Under the pieces are notes generated by a model. It worked only from the letters and a program-made list of their open reading frames with translations. It was not told the origin of the DNA and searched no databases. Shown here one piece after another: positions 1-10,350 of a stretch of DNA of 64,000 bases. The stretch is from Escherichia coli (lineage in GTDB: Bacteria; Pseudomonadota; Gammaproteobacteria; Enterobacterales; Enterobacteriaceae), in assembly GCF_013122565.1 (NCBI RefSeq), contig NZ_CP053258.1; one strand, written 5' to 3'. Each line of letters opens with the position of its first letter. The first letter of the stretch is position 1. A program made the translations under genes and the position numbers.

Positions 1-209
1 TCCTGCGGGTTAAAGTCGCCCTCTTTGCCCCCGTGTTGCAGAATGCGCCGCAGAGACTCATCGCGGCTGATCCCTTTTAGGGATTCGTTAAACTGCGCAT
101 CAATGCTGATGCCAATTTCAGCGGCAATCTGCTGCCACGCCTGGAAATGCAGATGCGCGGTATCGGTGATTACACCATCCAGATCGAAAATTACCCCTTG
201 CAGTTTCAT
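1..209 (-). CDS. ycjU: beta-phosphoglucomutase, N-terminal part (gene runs off window start)
   Basis: Reverse-complement translation from ATG at 209-207 gives [13 protein letters not shown] (HAD DxD motif); AGGAGG 5 nt upstream; ATGA overlap with ycjT stop. Confidence 0.85.
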   Translation of the reverse strand, partial: MKLQGVIFDLDGVITDTAHLHFQAWQQIAAEIGISIDAQFNESLKGISRDESLRRILQHGGKEGDFNPQ

Positions 210-2473
210 TCATCCTCCTGATGCGTGGTAGCGGTCCCATTGAAGGGCAAAATAAAATCACCCAAACAGAAAACAGATTCTTCAGCCACGGATATAAGCT
301 GACCGTTCAAACGCAGTGAAACGGGCGCAGAAGTTCGAATCGCAATACGCTGCGCGTCGAGAGTGACCTGTAATTCGCAGCCCTGCCAGAACAGAGGGAA
401 AGACAACTGTTGCCACTGCTCAGGTAACGCCGGATTGAGATGCAATTCACCGTCATGCACGCTCACCCCGGCAAAACCCTGAATCGCCCCCAGCCAGATA
501 GCGCCAGTTGCGGCAGCGTGGATACCATCATCACAACTATGCGGATCAGCACCAAGATCGATTTCAGTCCCCTCGCGCCAGAACTGATAACTTTGGGTCA
601 GCAGGCCACAGCGTGCGGCAACAATGCCGTGGATTGCTTTACTTAATGACGAGTCGTGAATGGTGCGCGGTTCATAAAATTGCAGATTGGCAAGACACGA
701 TACCGCTGAGAACTGCTCCGGCAGCATGTAATTGAGCATCACCACATCAGCTTGTTTGAGGATCTGCATCTCGTTCACTTCTGCGCGTGAATAATCCAGC
801 AGAATGGTTTGCTTCCCCGCCGCCGCTTTGTATTTCGCCAGGTTAATCGCCGGCTTAGCCATAAACGAATCATCCTGCGGCAAAACGCCGTCGGGCTGAG
901 TCTCTGGCATCCACAACTCTTTGAGGAATATTTCGGCACGATGAATAAACGCATCGTCGCTACAGCCGAACTGGCGGGCAATATTCAGCGCCTGTTGGAC
1001 GTTGTAGCAGGCCATATAGCTGGTGTATGCGTTATTATTGACATGTTCGGTATATTCGTCTGGCCCAATAACATCATGAATTTCCAGACGATCGTTAACT
1101 CTCACCGCGCGGCTAATCCAGAATTTCGCAGTTTCCAGCAGTAGCGCCATGCCTTCGTGAGCGATGAAGCTTTCATCTCCCGTTGCCTGCCAGTATTGAA
1201 TGACAGCCCAGGCGATATCGGCGACCAGATGATGTTCAGCCTGCGCCGAGGCCACTTTTTGCCGCAGTCCGGTGCGGATGTTAATGGCGGCAAATTCCGG
1301 CGTCTCTTCTTCGCCGCTGCGCGCGCTCTCCCACGGAAACAGCGCGCCCTGCCAACCATTGCGTCGCGCTTTCTCCTGCGCGCCAGGCAAGTTGTGCCAG
1401 CGATAACGCAGTAAACTTCGGGCAACCGTCGGATCGCTAAACAGATGAAACGGTAGCAAAAATACTTCTGTATCCCAGAAAACGTGGCCTTTGTAGCCTT
1501 CGCCGGTTAAGCCTTTTGCCGCAATACTGCTGCGCTCGTCGTGAGCCGGCGTCATGATGCGCAGATGATAAAGCGCATAATCTAACGCTTGCTGATCGTG
1601 CGCATCGCCGCCATTTACTGTGATACGACGTTTCTGCCACCATTGACGCCAGTTTTCTGTTGATGCTGCAAGAAGTTGGTCGTAACTCTGCTGCGCGCAC
1701 ATTTCAAGCTGGCGAAGCGACGCGCTGCCCCACTCGTCTAAAACGGCTTGCCTGTCATCCCGCCAGTCGATCCACACCAGTTTTTGCAACGTCACTGTCT
1801 CGCCTGCATGAAGCTGCGCACTGGTATGTTGCAGCAAACGGCGCTCTTTGGCGGTATAGCATTGCTGCACATCACCACTCACCTGGCAGCAACAGCTGAT
1901 GGCCACATCACTGCGTCCATCCTGGGTGGTGTAGATCCCCTGCATCAGATGCTGACCAAACACCCGCACCTGGGTTTCGTCGAGATGTTGGCGACCGTGG
2001 TTGGTTTGCGTGGCGTCGATACCTGTTGAAATCAGCACTGACGCGTCAGCGTCCAGTGGCGTAATAGTGATTTCCAGCGCAATGAGCGGCAGTTGGTCTG
2101 CCGAAACAAAGCGACGGCTGGCGATGGTGTAACCTGCGCCGTTGCTGGTACGCCAGACAACGTTGCGGCGTAATTCGCCACTGGCAAAGTCAAGCTCACG
2201 CTGCCAGGCTTCGTGGGATAACGAGAAAACCTCACCATTTATGGCAATCTCCATCCCCAAGATATCAGGCAGGTTCACCAGTTCGTTGATTTCACCTTTT
2301 CCCGCCCGATGATACAGCCCCGCCAGATACATCCCTCGCGTCTGGCGCGTGTAATCTTCTTCATGGCTGGCGCGAAGCCCAAGATAGCCGTTCCCCTGCG
2401 CCATCAGCGATGCATACTTGTTCAGGGTATGCTGGCTGAAATGGGGTTCTGATAACGTTACTGGCCTGGTCAT
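206..2473 (-). CDS. ycjT: GH65 kojibiose phosphorylase
   Basis: 755-aa ORF in track, matches remembered YcjT length and sequence; last gene before ycjU. Confidence 0.9.
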   Translation of the reverse strand: MTRPVTLSEPHFSQHTLNKYASLMAQGNGYLGLRASHEEDYTRQTRGMYLAGLYHRAGKGEINELVNLPDILGMEIAINGEVFSLSHEAWQRELDFASGELRRNVVWRTSNGAGYTIASRRFVSADQLPLIALEITITPLDADASVLISTGIDATQTNHGRQHLDETQVRVFGQHLMQGIYTTQDGRSDVAISCCCQVSGDVQQCYTAKERRLLQHTSAQLHAGETVTLQKLVWIDWRDDRQAVLDEWGSASLRQLEMCAQQSYDQLLAASTENWRQWWQKRRITVNGGDAHDQQALDYALYHLRIMTPAHDERSSIAAKGLTGEGYKGHVFWDTEVFLLPFHLFSDPTVARSLLRYRWHNLPGAQEKARRNGWQGALFPWESARSGEEETPEFAAINIRTGLRQKVASAQAEHHLVADIAWAVIQYWQATGDESFIAHEGMALLLETAKFWISRAVRVNDRLEIHDVIGPDEYTEHVNNNAYTSYMACYNVQQALNIARQFGCSDDAFIHRAEIFLKELWMPETQPDGVLPQDDSFMAKPAINLAKYKAAAGKQTILLDYSRAEVNEMQILKQADVVMLNYMLPEQFSAVSCLANLQFYEPRTIHDSSLSKAIHGIVAARCGLLTQSYQFWREGTEIDLGADPHSCDDGIHAAATGAIWLGAIQGFAGVSVHDGELHLNPALPEQWQQLSFPLFWQGCELQVTLDAQRIAIRTSAPVSLRLNGQLISVAEESVFCLGDFILPFNGTATTHQEDE

Positions 2474-3525
2474 AATTCCACACGCGTCCCTGTTTCTGCG
2501 GATTGATACAACGCCGCCACCAGTTGCTGGATGATGTACCCCTGCTCGGCGTCGGCTATCATCACGGGCTTGCCCTGTACGTGATTGATAAAGGCTTCCA
2601 TGCTGCGCAAATGGCGGTTGTCGTCTGCCATTTCCCGTTGCATCAGCGTCATTAATTCACCGTTGTTATCGGTGTAGATATGTGCTGGAAACAGCGTCGC
2701 ACCGGCTTTATCACCACAAAAGCTGACGTTCATAATCGACTGTTCGCGGATGTTGAGCGCAAATGACGTTTCCAGCCACAGAATGCCGCCGTTATGAAAT
2801 TCAATGGTGCCAAACAGCGAATCTTCGACGCTGTAAGTTGCCGGATCCCACTCGCCAAACTGACCGCAGCTCTTTTGCGGGCCGATCTTTTGAAAGCTAT
2901 GCGCATTCACGCTTTTCACCGCCGGAAAGCCCAGCACATACATCGCCGCATCCAGCATATGAATACCGATGTCGATCAGCGGGCCACCGCCCTGCAGTTC
3001 TTTATTGGTAAAGACACCCCAGCCGGGAACGCCGCAGCGACGCAGGGCGCGGGCGGTGGTAACGTAAATCTCTCCCAAAACGCCGTTGGTCACCTGTTCA
3101 CGCAGCTGTTGCGTATCGAGCGCAAAACGATGGTGAAAGTCGTAGGCCAGCACCTTGCCCTGTTTGCGCGCGGTATCGCACATTTCCCGCGCCTGTTCTG
3201 GCGTCATGGCGGGCGGTTTTTCGCACATCACATGGCAGCCCGCTTCCAGCGCCATCAGGGTATGTTCGTAATGAAAACGGTTAGGTGAGCAGACGCTAAC
3301 CACATCAGGTTTCACCGCCAGCAGCATGGCCTGCGGATCGTCCCACACGGATGCATTCCCGTATTTTTCTGCCAGCGCCTGCGCCTGGGAAAGGCGGCTG
3401 TCACAGACAGCCACCAGTTCCAGATCGTTGCGGGTGCAGTAGTACGAAGCATGAACCTTATCCGCCACCTGGCCTGCGCCTATTATCGCGACCCGCAGTG
3501 GAGAGCTTGTCATTGCACTTTTCAC
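2470..3525 (-). CDS. ycjS: Gfo/Idh/MocA-family NAD-dependent sugar oxidoreductase
   Basis: 351-aa ORF; N-terminal Rossmann motif VAIIGAGQVA; 4-nt overlap with ycjT. Confidence 0.9.
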   Translation of the reverse strand: MKSAMTSSPLRVAIIGAGQVADKVHASYYCTRNDLELVAVCDSRLSQAQALAEKYGNASVWDDPQAMLLAVKPDVVSVCSPNRFHYEHTLMALEAGCHVMCEKPPAMTPEQAREMCDTARKQGKVLAYDFHHRFALDTQQLREQVTNGVLGEIYVTTARALRRCGVPGWGVFTNKELQGGGPLIDIGIHMLDAAMYVLGFPAVKSVNAHSFQKIGPQKSCGQFGEWDPATYSVEDSLFGTIEFHNGGILWLETSFALNIREQSIMNVSFCGDKAGATLFPAHIYTDNNGELMTLMQREMADDNRHLRSMEAFINHVQGKPVMIADAEQGYIIQQLVAALYQSAETGTRVEL

Positions 3526-3534
3526 AAAGACCTC

Positions 3535-4323
3535 TTAGCAGGTACGCAACCAGGTCAACGAATCACGGTACGCCTGGGCAGGATCTTCTGCCCGGATACG
3601 CCCTTCATACACCACATAACCCTGATAGTTATCGGCGCGCAGCTGTTCAAACAGCGCGTGGAAATCGAGGGTGCCGCTGCCCGGCTGGTAACGATGGTTA
3701 TCGGCAATATGCACATGACCGAGCAAGTCGCGGTTGTCATGCAGCGCCTGCGCCAGGTTATCTTCTTCGATGTTCATGTGATAGAAATCGCCGATAATCT
3801 GCACATGTTTAAGATTGTTTTCGACGATGTAACGACGAGCATCGGCGAGGGTGTTGATCATATGATCCTGATAGCGGTTTAACGGTTCGAGATACACCAC
3901 GGTTCCGGTACGCGCGGCGACCTGTTCCAGTACGCGCAGGGAATCACTCACCATTTTGCGGTCGCCGTCCAGGCTACGCGGCGAGGTCATCGGCGGTAAG
4001 CGGAAGGTAAACATGCCCCACGCTGCCGGAACGACGATACCTTTACCCCCCACTTCTGCCAGCGCTTCGAGAATGCGTTCGATCTGCTTTAAGCCATTAA
4101 GACGACGCTCTTCGATAAAGTCACCAATCCAGCCGTCATAGCCGCCGCAGGCGGTGGTCACCGGTAAACCGGTTTCTTTGATCGCCGCTTTGACTTCTTC
4201 GATGTTGTTGACCAGCAGTTTGCCGTCAATCTCAAAACCATCGAAGCCCATCTCTTTGATATAACGAAATTTCTCCAGAATATTTTCCGGGAAGAACGCC
4301 TGATTCTGTGTGCCTATTTTCAT
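3535..4323 (-). CDS. ycjR: sugar phosphate isomerase/epimerase (xylose-isomerase-like TIM barrel)
   Basis: Track ORF 3535..4452 trimmed to internal Met (MKIGTQNQAFF) to match the 262-aa protein. Confidence 0.85.
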   Translation of the reverse strand: MKIGTQNQAFFPENILEKFRYIKEMGFDGFEIDGKLLVNNIEEVKAAIKETGLPVTTACGGYDGWIGDFIEERRLNGLKQIERILEALAEVGGKGIVVPAAWGMFTFRLPPMTSPRSLDGDRKMVSDSLRVLEQVAARTGTVVYLEPLNRYQDHMINTLADARRYIVENNLKHVQIIGDFYHMNIEEDNLAQALHDNRDLLGHVHIADNHRYQPGSGTLDFHALFEQLRADNYQGYVVYEGRIRAEDPAQAYRDSLTWLRTC

Positions 4324-4340
4324 TTTTTCATTCCTTTGAA

Positions 4341-5393
4341 TTAAAACGTGACGCCCATTTTGATGCTCTGTTCCGGATGCTGATCGACATACTGCATGTA
4401 GCTTTCCGGGCTGTTGGCAAAGGTCACTACCGGGTCGATTAAATCTTCGCAATTGAGATAACCGTTCATCAGCAGTTTCCAGCAGGTTTCTTCAATACGC
4501 TTACGGCTCCAGCGCGGATAATCCGGGTTCGGTTCACTGCACGCGCGAGAGAAGACAATTTTGGCGTTATTGAAATGCGCTTCGCGTCCGAGGTTAAAAC
4601 CTTCAGCAAACGGTTTAGCAAACGCGACATAGGAGATGGTGCCACCGTAAGCCAGGCCGCGCAGCGCCGACTGCAGCGCGTCGGCGTAACCGCTGGTTTC
4701 GATAATCACATCGGCACCCTGCTTGCCGGTCAGCGTTTTGATCTCTTTGCCTACGTCAGTGCCAATGGGATTAAGGCAGAAATCCGCACCGTGACGACGA
4801 GCAATATCACAACGATGGGCAATAGGATCGACGCCAATTACCACCGACGCGCCAGCGCGTTTAGCCAATTGGATGGCAATTTGACCGATCGCGCCAAGCC
4901 CTACCACCACTACAAAATCCCCTACGCGTACGTTGGCATCGCGAACGCCACTCATGGCGAACTGCGCCGGGTCGTAGCAGACGGCGTTTTTCCAGGAGCT
5001 GCCTTCCGGCATTTTGCGCAGCTTGTAGTTATTCACTGCGTTAATGATGACCGTCTCGGAGAGCGGGCCGTAGCCGCATACGCTGTCGCCCACCGCGTAG
5101 TCGGTAACGTCGCTGCCGCACTCGATAATGTCGCCAACCACCATGTTGCCAAGCTGGAATTTGCCAAACTCAATGCCGCGCGGCGCATCTGCCGGACGCG
5201 GGGTGAACATCTGCCACTCGCCGTTAAAGTCTTCATCGATAAACGGGCTGGCGGCGCGGAAGTCGACCACTTCCGTTCCGTGTTTCGGTGCGCCGAAACG
5301 CACGCGGATCTTCACTTCATTGGCTAAAATCGCCCGATCTTCATACTCAACCAGCGCAGCAACGCGCGGTGCTGTGGCTACTAACTTTTTCAT
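4341..5393 (-). CDS. ycjQ: zinc-type medium-chain alcohol/sugar dehydrogenase
   Basis: 350-aa ORF; GLGAIGQ nucleotide-binding motif. Confidence 0.9.
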   Translation of the reverse strand: MKKLVATAPRVAALVEYEDRAILANEVKIRVRFGAPKHGTEVVDFRAASPFIDEDFNGEWQMFTPRPADAPRGIEFGKFQLGNMVVGDIIECGSDVTDYAVGDSVCGYGPLSETVIINAVNNYKLRKMPEGSSWKNAVCYDPAQFAMSGVRDANVRVGDFVVVVGLGAIGQIAIQLAKRAGASVVIGVDPIAHRCDIARRHGADFCLNPIGTDVGKEIKTLTGKQGADVIIETSGYADALQSALRGLAYGGTISYVAFAKPFAEGFNLGREAHFNNAKIVFSRACSEPNPDYPRWSRKRIEETCWKLLMNGYLNCEDLIDPVVTFANSPESYMQYVDQHPEQSIKMGVTF

Positions 5394-5423
5394 GTAAAAC
5401 TCCTTGTTAAGAAACTGGCCGCT

Positions 5424-6266
5424 TTAGCCCTTCACGCCACCGGCGGTCAAACCACTCTTAATAAAACGTTCCGAAAGCGCATACATAATCACCACCGGCA
5501 ATGCGGTCACCAGCGAGGCCGCCATCATGCGTCCCCAGATGTAATCAGGCGTACTGAACAGCGCGTTCAGGCCCACTGGTAAGGTGAAATTGCTGGCGCT
5601 GGAGAGGAAAATCGACGCAAACAGATAGTCGTTCCACGCCACCATAAAGCAGTAGACGAACACCGATATCAGCCCGGACATCGCCAACGGCACGGTGATA
5701 CGGAAGATAATTTGCAGACGGTTGAGGCCATCCATCATCGCCGCTTCTTCGATCTCATCAGGGATGGTGTCGAAGTAACTTTTCAGCATAAACACGGCGG
5801 TGGGCAGAGTTTGCGTCACCATGGTAATGATCAGCGCCATCTCGGTGTCGTAAATGCCAAGCGCGGTGATGATTTTGAACAGCGGCACCACCAGCAAAAT
5901 GCCAGAGAACATATACACCGTGTAAAAGCTGGCGTTGATGGTCATCCGGCCTTTAAAGCGCAGGCGAGAAAGCGCGTAAGCTCCGAGAATGCCGAGAAAT
6001 ACCGCCACCACGGATGAAACCACCGACACCACCATGCTGTTACGGAAGTAGTCGACAAACGGGAAAATCACCGGGTTAAAAATGTCGACATAATGCTCCA
6101 GCGTCCACTGTTGCGGCAGCAGCGTAGGATGCAGCGAGATCGCCTCTTTTGCGCTCTTGAACGAGGTCATCAGCATCACAAAAAACGGAAACAGCGTGAT
6201 GATGAGAAACAGCGCCAGCCCGCAGTAAAATCCGATACGACTGAGTGTGCGTTTATTTGTTGCCAT
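5424..6266 (-). CDS. ycjP: ABC transporter permease (sugar)
   Basis: 280-aa hydrophobic ORF, MalG-like. Confidence 0.9.
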   Translation of the reverse strand: MATNKRTLSRIGFYCGLALFLIITLFPFFVMLMTSFKSAKEAISLHPTLLPQQWTLEHYVDIFNPVIFPFVDYFRNSMVVSVVSSVVAVFLGILGAYALSRLRFKGRMTINASFYTVYMFSGILLVVPLFKIITALGIYDTEMALIITMVTQTLPTAVFMLKSYFDTIPDEIEEAAMMDGLNRLQIIFRITVPLAMSGLISVFVYCFMVAWNDYLFASIFLSSASNFTLPVGLNALFSTPDYIWGRMMAASLVTALPVVIMYALSERFIKSGLTAGGVKG

Positions 6267-7134
6267 TGAGGTTCACCCGTTTCCTGGTCAGAAGAATGAC
6301 AGCGAAAATAATGATGAAGAGCACCACCGAGATCGCCGCCGCTTTCCCTAAGTCATTAAAGGCAAAGGCAGTTTTGTAGAGATAGACACCGAGAATATCG
6401 ACCTTGGTCGTCAGCAGATAAACGTCAGCGAACATGTAGAACATCCAGATGGTGCGCAGGGTCACCACCGTCGCCAGGACCGGCATAATTGCGGGCAGCG
6501 TGACGATGCGAAACCGCTGCCAGGCATTAGCGCCATCCATCTCTGCCGCTTCGTACAGCGATTTGTCGATGGTCTGCAAAATCGCCAGAAACGAGATAAA
6601 GGCATACGGGAAGTAGCGCCAGATGGCGAACAGCACCACCAGCACAAAGCTACTGCCCGGATTATCGAACCACAGCGGTGCCTGCTCGTAGAGATGCAGA
6701 AGATCGACGCCGAGGTAGTTCACAATGCCGTAGCCGTTGTTGAACATGTATTTCCAGGCGAACACCAGCGAAATGGACGGCGTTACGTAGGAGAGGATCA
6801 CCAGCGAACGCGCGGTTTTGCGCAGGCGGAACTCGCGGTTGAAAAACATCGCCACCGCCAGCCCGAGCACGGTGCTGCCCGCCACCACCAGCGCGGTATA
6901 CCAGACCGTCATCCACAGCGAATGCCAGAAGCCGGGATCGGAGAGGATACGCACATAGTTGCTCACCCCAACAAACGTTGACTCGATGTTGGGATTGAGC
7001 GGCAGACGTAAAAAACTGATTTCGATATTCGACACCATCGGCCACGCCACCAGACCGCCCAGCAGTAATAAGCTGGGCGCGAGAAGCAGCAGCGCAAAGA
7101 GCATATCGGAACGACCTGAAAAAAGCCTGTTCAT
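6253..7134 (-). CDS. ycjO: ABC transporter permease (sugar)
   Basis: 293-aa hydrophobic ORF, MalF-like; overlaps ycjP start. Confidence 0.9.
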   Translation of the reverse strand: MNRLFSGRSDMLFALLLLAPSLLLLGGLVAWPMVSNIEISFLRLPLNPNIESTFVGVSNYVRILSDPGFWHSLWMTVWYTALVVAGSTVLGLAVAMFFNREFRLRKTARSLVILSYVTPSISLVFAWKYMFNNGYGIVNYLGVDLLHLYEQAPLWFDNPGSSFVLVVLFAIWRYFPYAFISFLAILQTIDKSLYEAAEMDGANAWQRFRIVTLPAIMPVLATVVTLRTIWMFYMFADVYLLTTKVDILGVYLYKTAFAFNDLGKAAAISVVLFIIIFAVILLTRKRVNLNGNK

Positions 7135-7154
7135 TGCGGATTCCTGTCCTGGGT

Positions 7155-8447
7155 TTAGTGCTGTTCGATCAGTTCATCCAGTTTTTTCTGGCTCGCTTGC
7201 AGCGTAGTAGAGAGATCGGCTTTACCCACGGTGACGTTATGCACCATTGAACTCACCACGCCAGAACCCGTCACATCACCCATGCGGGTAAAGTTTTTAT
7301 CCCCTACTGCGCCAAAGACCTGAATATTTGGCAGTTCACCGATTAGCTGATTCGGTAGTTCACCCAGCGCCTTAATAACGTCGTTGTCTTTCCAGGTGGC
7401 GGTAGTGACAACCGCTTTGTTCACCGGCAGTGCCGCGCCTGGCGACATCATCACCCAGTCGGCAATGTTGTCCGCCTGCTCCATAAAGGTGACGAATTTT
7501 TCTGCTGCTTCCGTTTCTTCGGTCTTTTGTCCGGCGGTAATGGTCAGCGAGGTCAACATGCCGTAGACGGCAGAGTTTTTCTCGGTTGGCACCACGAAAC
7601 CGACGTTTTTCGGGTCGCCTTCTTTAATCACAGCCGGAAGGATATAGGTGGAGTAAATCGCCATCGGCGCGGTGCCGTTCATAAAGGCGTCTTTCACTTC
7701 CATGATGTCGTTAGAACCCGGCATGGTGTTGGCAGCAAGGTCGCGGTAATAGGTCAGCGCCTGCATCATCTCTGGTGTATCAAGGGTGATTTTGCCTTCG
7801 GCGTTAAAGACGTTGGCCTGGTTGGATAACGCAAACTGGGAGAAGGATTGTTCCGTCAGCACGCTTTCTGCCGTAGGCAGCGCAATACCGTATTTTTTAT
7901 TCGCCGGGTCATTCAGTTTCTGTGCAACGTCCAGCAGCTGCTGCCAGTTTTTCGGCTCCTCCAGCCCGACTTTTGCCAGCACATCTTTGCGATACCAGAT
8001 GCCGCCAATCCAGGCGCTGACGGGAACACCGGTCCAGGCACTCCCATCTTCGGTGCGCACAATACGCAGTACGCCATCGTAAAACGCGCCTTCACCAACG
8101 TTGCTGATGACCGTGGCAACCGCCTTGCGATCGATAAGCTGCTCTTTGTCCATAACTTTGGCGTAGTCATGGCTGGTTTCGATCACTTCCGGCAGCGAAC
8201 CGCTACGTGAAAGGGTAATGACTTTAGTGTTATAGGCATCTTCTTCCACGGGCACTTGCTTAACGGTGATGCCCGGGTTTTCTTTTTCAAAACGGGCAAT
8301 CAATTTACTGATAACTGCCTGACGCTCCTGCTCCACCGAAGAATGCATAAATTCGATGGATACATTCGTTTTATTTTCTTCTTTACAGCCAGAAATCAGG
8401 GCGCAGGAAACCAGTGCTGATAACAGCACGATTTTTGATTTAATCAT
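7155..8447 (-). CDS. ycjN: periplasmic sugar-binding lipoprotein of ABC transporter
   Basis: 430-aa ORF; signal peptide with lipobox LISGC. Confidence 0.9.
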   Translation of the reverse strand: MIKSKIVLLSALVSCALISGCKEENKTNVSIEFMHSSVEQERQAVISKLIARFEKENPGITVKQVPVEEDAYNTKVITLSRSGSLPEVIETSHDYAKVMDKEQLIDRKAVATVISNVGEGAFYDGVLRIVRTEDGSAWTGVPVSAWIGGIWYRKDVLAKVGLEEPKNWQQLLDVAQKLNDPANKKYGIALPTAESVLTEQSFSQFALSNQANVFNAEGKITLDTPEMMQALTYYRDLAANTMPGSNDIMEVKDAFMNGTAPMAIYSTYILPAVIKEGDPKNVGFVVPTEKNSAVYGMLTSLTITAGQKTEETEAAEKFVTFMEQADNIADWVMMSPGAALPVNKAVVTTATWKDNDVIKALGELPNQLIGELPNIQVFGAVGDKNFTRMGDVTGSGVVSSMVHNVTVGKADLSTTLQASQKKLDELIEQH

Positions 8448-8460
8448 GAGATGTTCCTTT

Positions 8461-10140
8461 TTATTTAATCCACATAACCTGCCAGGGGCGCAGCGTTATT
8501 TCATTACCCAATATATCAACTTCACTAATCAGATCGCGACCATGCAGATTAGTAATATTTACATGCTGAATATTTTTACTGACATTAAACAATCCAGTCA
8601 GACAATTACCCTCTGCGTTACTTCTTTGAATACGCATTACGGATGAATTAACCGTATCGATGGTAAAATTATTATCCGGATGAAACTCGTTATGGCTGCG
8701 ACGAAGTGTAATTAAACGCGACAACTCATGATATACCGCATGCCTTAATGTAGCTTCATCGTTCAGTTCTCGGGTTATCTCTTCACTGTGATATTTTTTA
8801 CGGTTAATCGCACGGTTATATCCGAGTTTTTCGACACCTGCGTAATCATTACGCGAGCCCAGAATACTTTGAATATATATCGCTGGCACACCGGGGAAAC
8901 TTAACAAAATCGCATGGGCAAGGATAAACCTGGCGCAACGTTCTTCATCGCTACTCTCGCGGCGGCTTAACGCATCCATATAGGTGACATTTATTTCATA
9001 GGGACTGCGCGTACCGTCGGGATTATTTTTCCAGTTTACTAATGCACCTTCCTGCTGTAATGCCTCGACCAGCGCTAATATTTCGCTTTCTGGTAACAAG
9101 CCCCGCAGTGGGTTCAGCCCGATGCCATCGTGAGAGGCGAGGAAGTTAAACCAGGTCGTTTTACCGGAGGGCAAGCTCAGACTTTGCGCCCACTGGCACA
9201 GCGCCTCGACGTTCTGTTTTTGCACCGCATGTAACACCAGCGGCGGCAGCGAGAACTGGTACACCATATGCGCTTCGTCATCGCCTTCGCCAAAGTAAGC
9301 AATGTTATCTTTATGCGGAACATTCGTCTCAGTAATAATCACCGTACCTGGCGCGATGTCATCAATAATCGACCGTAACAGTTTGATAATCAGATGTGTT
9401 TTTTCCAGATGGATGCAGCTTGTTCCCGGCTCTTTCCACATAAAGCCAACGGCATCCAGACGGACATATTCTGCGCCCTTTTCCAGGTAACAAAGCAAAA
9501 CATCCACCATCGCCAGCAACACGTCAGGGCTACGGTAATTCAGGTCAATTTGATCGTCGCTAAAGGTGGTCCATAAATGGCGCGTGGAATTATCATCCAT
9601 TTGAAACGGCGTTAATAGCGGTAATGCACGCGGACGGGTGACAGCGCTGAGATCGGTTTGCGGATCAACCGCAATAAAAAAATCTTCAAAACCTGGCTGC
9701 TGTTGTAAATAGTTTTTAAACCATTCACTTTTTGCCGACATATGGTTGCAGACAAAATCAAACATTAAATGACTGCATTCACCGAGCTGCTGAATATCCT
9801 GCCACTCCCCCGCTTCACTGGCGACCTGATGATAATCAATTACCGAAAATCCATCATCAGATGACCATGGATAAAAAGGTAATAAATGAACATGTGAAAA
9901 AATGCTTTGCAGCCATTGATGGTAAAACTGATTAAATGTGGGTAGTGGTTTTAAATCATTACTGTGAAATTGATCGGCATAGGTAATTAACACGACATCA
10001 CTTTCATCCCAGTGTTTTTTACGTCGCTGTGTAATTAATCGTTTCGCACTCTCAAGACGCGTTACAAGTTTCTGTAAATGAGTTGCGGTAAATGTTCCAC
10101 CGTAGATTTCGTCCAGGTAATCCGTAATTTTCTGTTTCAT
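8461..10140 (-). CDS. ycjM: GH13 sucrose-phosphorylase-like enzyme (glucosylglycerate phosphorylase)
   Basis: Track ORF 8461..10167 trimmed to MKQKITDYL (559 aa); GGAAAGG SD upstream; first gene of ycj operon; visibly more AT-rich than downstream genes. Confidence 0.85.
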   Translation of the reverse strand: MKQKITDYLDEIYGGTFTATHLQKLVTRLESAKRLITQRRKKHWDESDVVLITYADQFHSNDLKPLPTFNQFYHQWLQSIFSHVHLLPFYPWSSDDGFSVIDYHQVASEAGEWQDIQQLGECSHLMFDFVCNHMSAKSEWFKNYLQQQPGFEDFFIAVDPQTDLSAVTRPRALPLLTPFQMDDNSTRHLWTTFSDDQIDLNYRSPDVLLAMVDVLLCYLEKGAEYVRLDAVGFMWKEPGTSCIHLEKTHLIIKLLRSIIDDIAPGTVIITETNVPHKDNIAYFGEGDDEAHMVYQFSLPPLVLHAVQKQNVEALCQWAQSLSLPSGKTTWFNFLASHDGIGLNPLRGLLPESEILALVEALQQEGALVNWKNNPDGTRSPYEINVTYMDALSRRESSDEERCARFILAHAILLSFPGVPAIYIQSILGSRNDYAGVEKLGYNRAINRKKYHSEEITRELNDEATLRHAVYHELSRLITLRRSHNEFHPDNNFTIDTVNSSVMRIQRSNAEGNCLTGLFNVSKNIQHVNITNLHGRDLISEVDILGNEITLRPWQVMWIK

Positions 10141-10311
10141 GTTGCCTTTCCGTGGTAGCGGTCCCATGAAATGAGAGACTACTCCGCAGAAAATAAACTG
10201 TCAATTGAGCACAAGGGTTTTAGTCACGCAGGAAATCATTTTTTACCAGGGAAAAAGCGTATTTGTGAGCTGACGCAAATAATCTATAGGGATGTAAATA
10301 AGGTGTGACAG

Positions 10312-10335
10312 AAAAAAACGGCGCATAAGCGCCGC
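10312..10335 (-). terminator. rho-independent terminator after pspE
   Basis: Minus strand reads GGCGC-TTAT-GCGCC followed by TTTTTTT. Confidence 0.8.
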
Positions 10336-10350
10336 TCATGGTGAATTCTT

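Noticed and set aside
25-231. 68-aa plus-strand ORF at window start
   Set aside because: Starts at TTG and is antisense to the ycjU N-terminus and ycjT C-terminus.
4575-5327. 250-aa plus-strand ORF
   Set aside because: Lies entirely antisense within ycjQ, which has a clear dehydrogenase identity; typical shadow ORF in GC-rich coding DNA.
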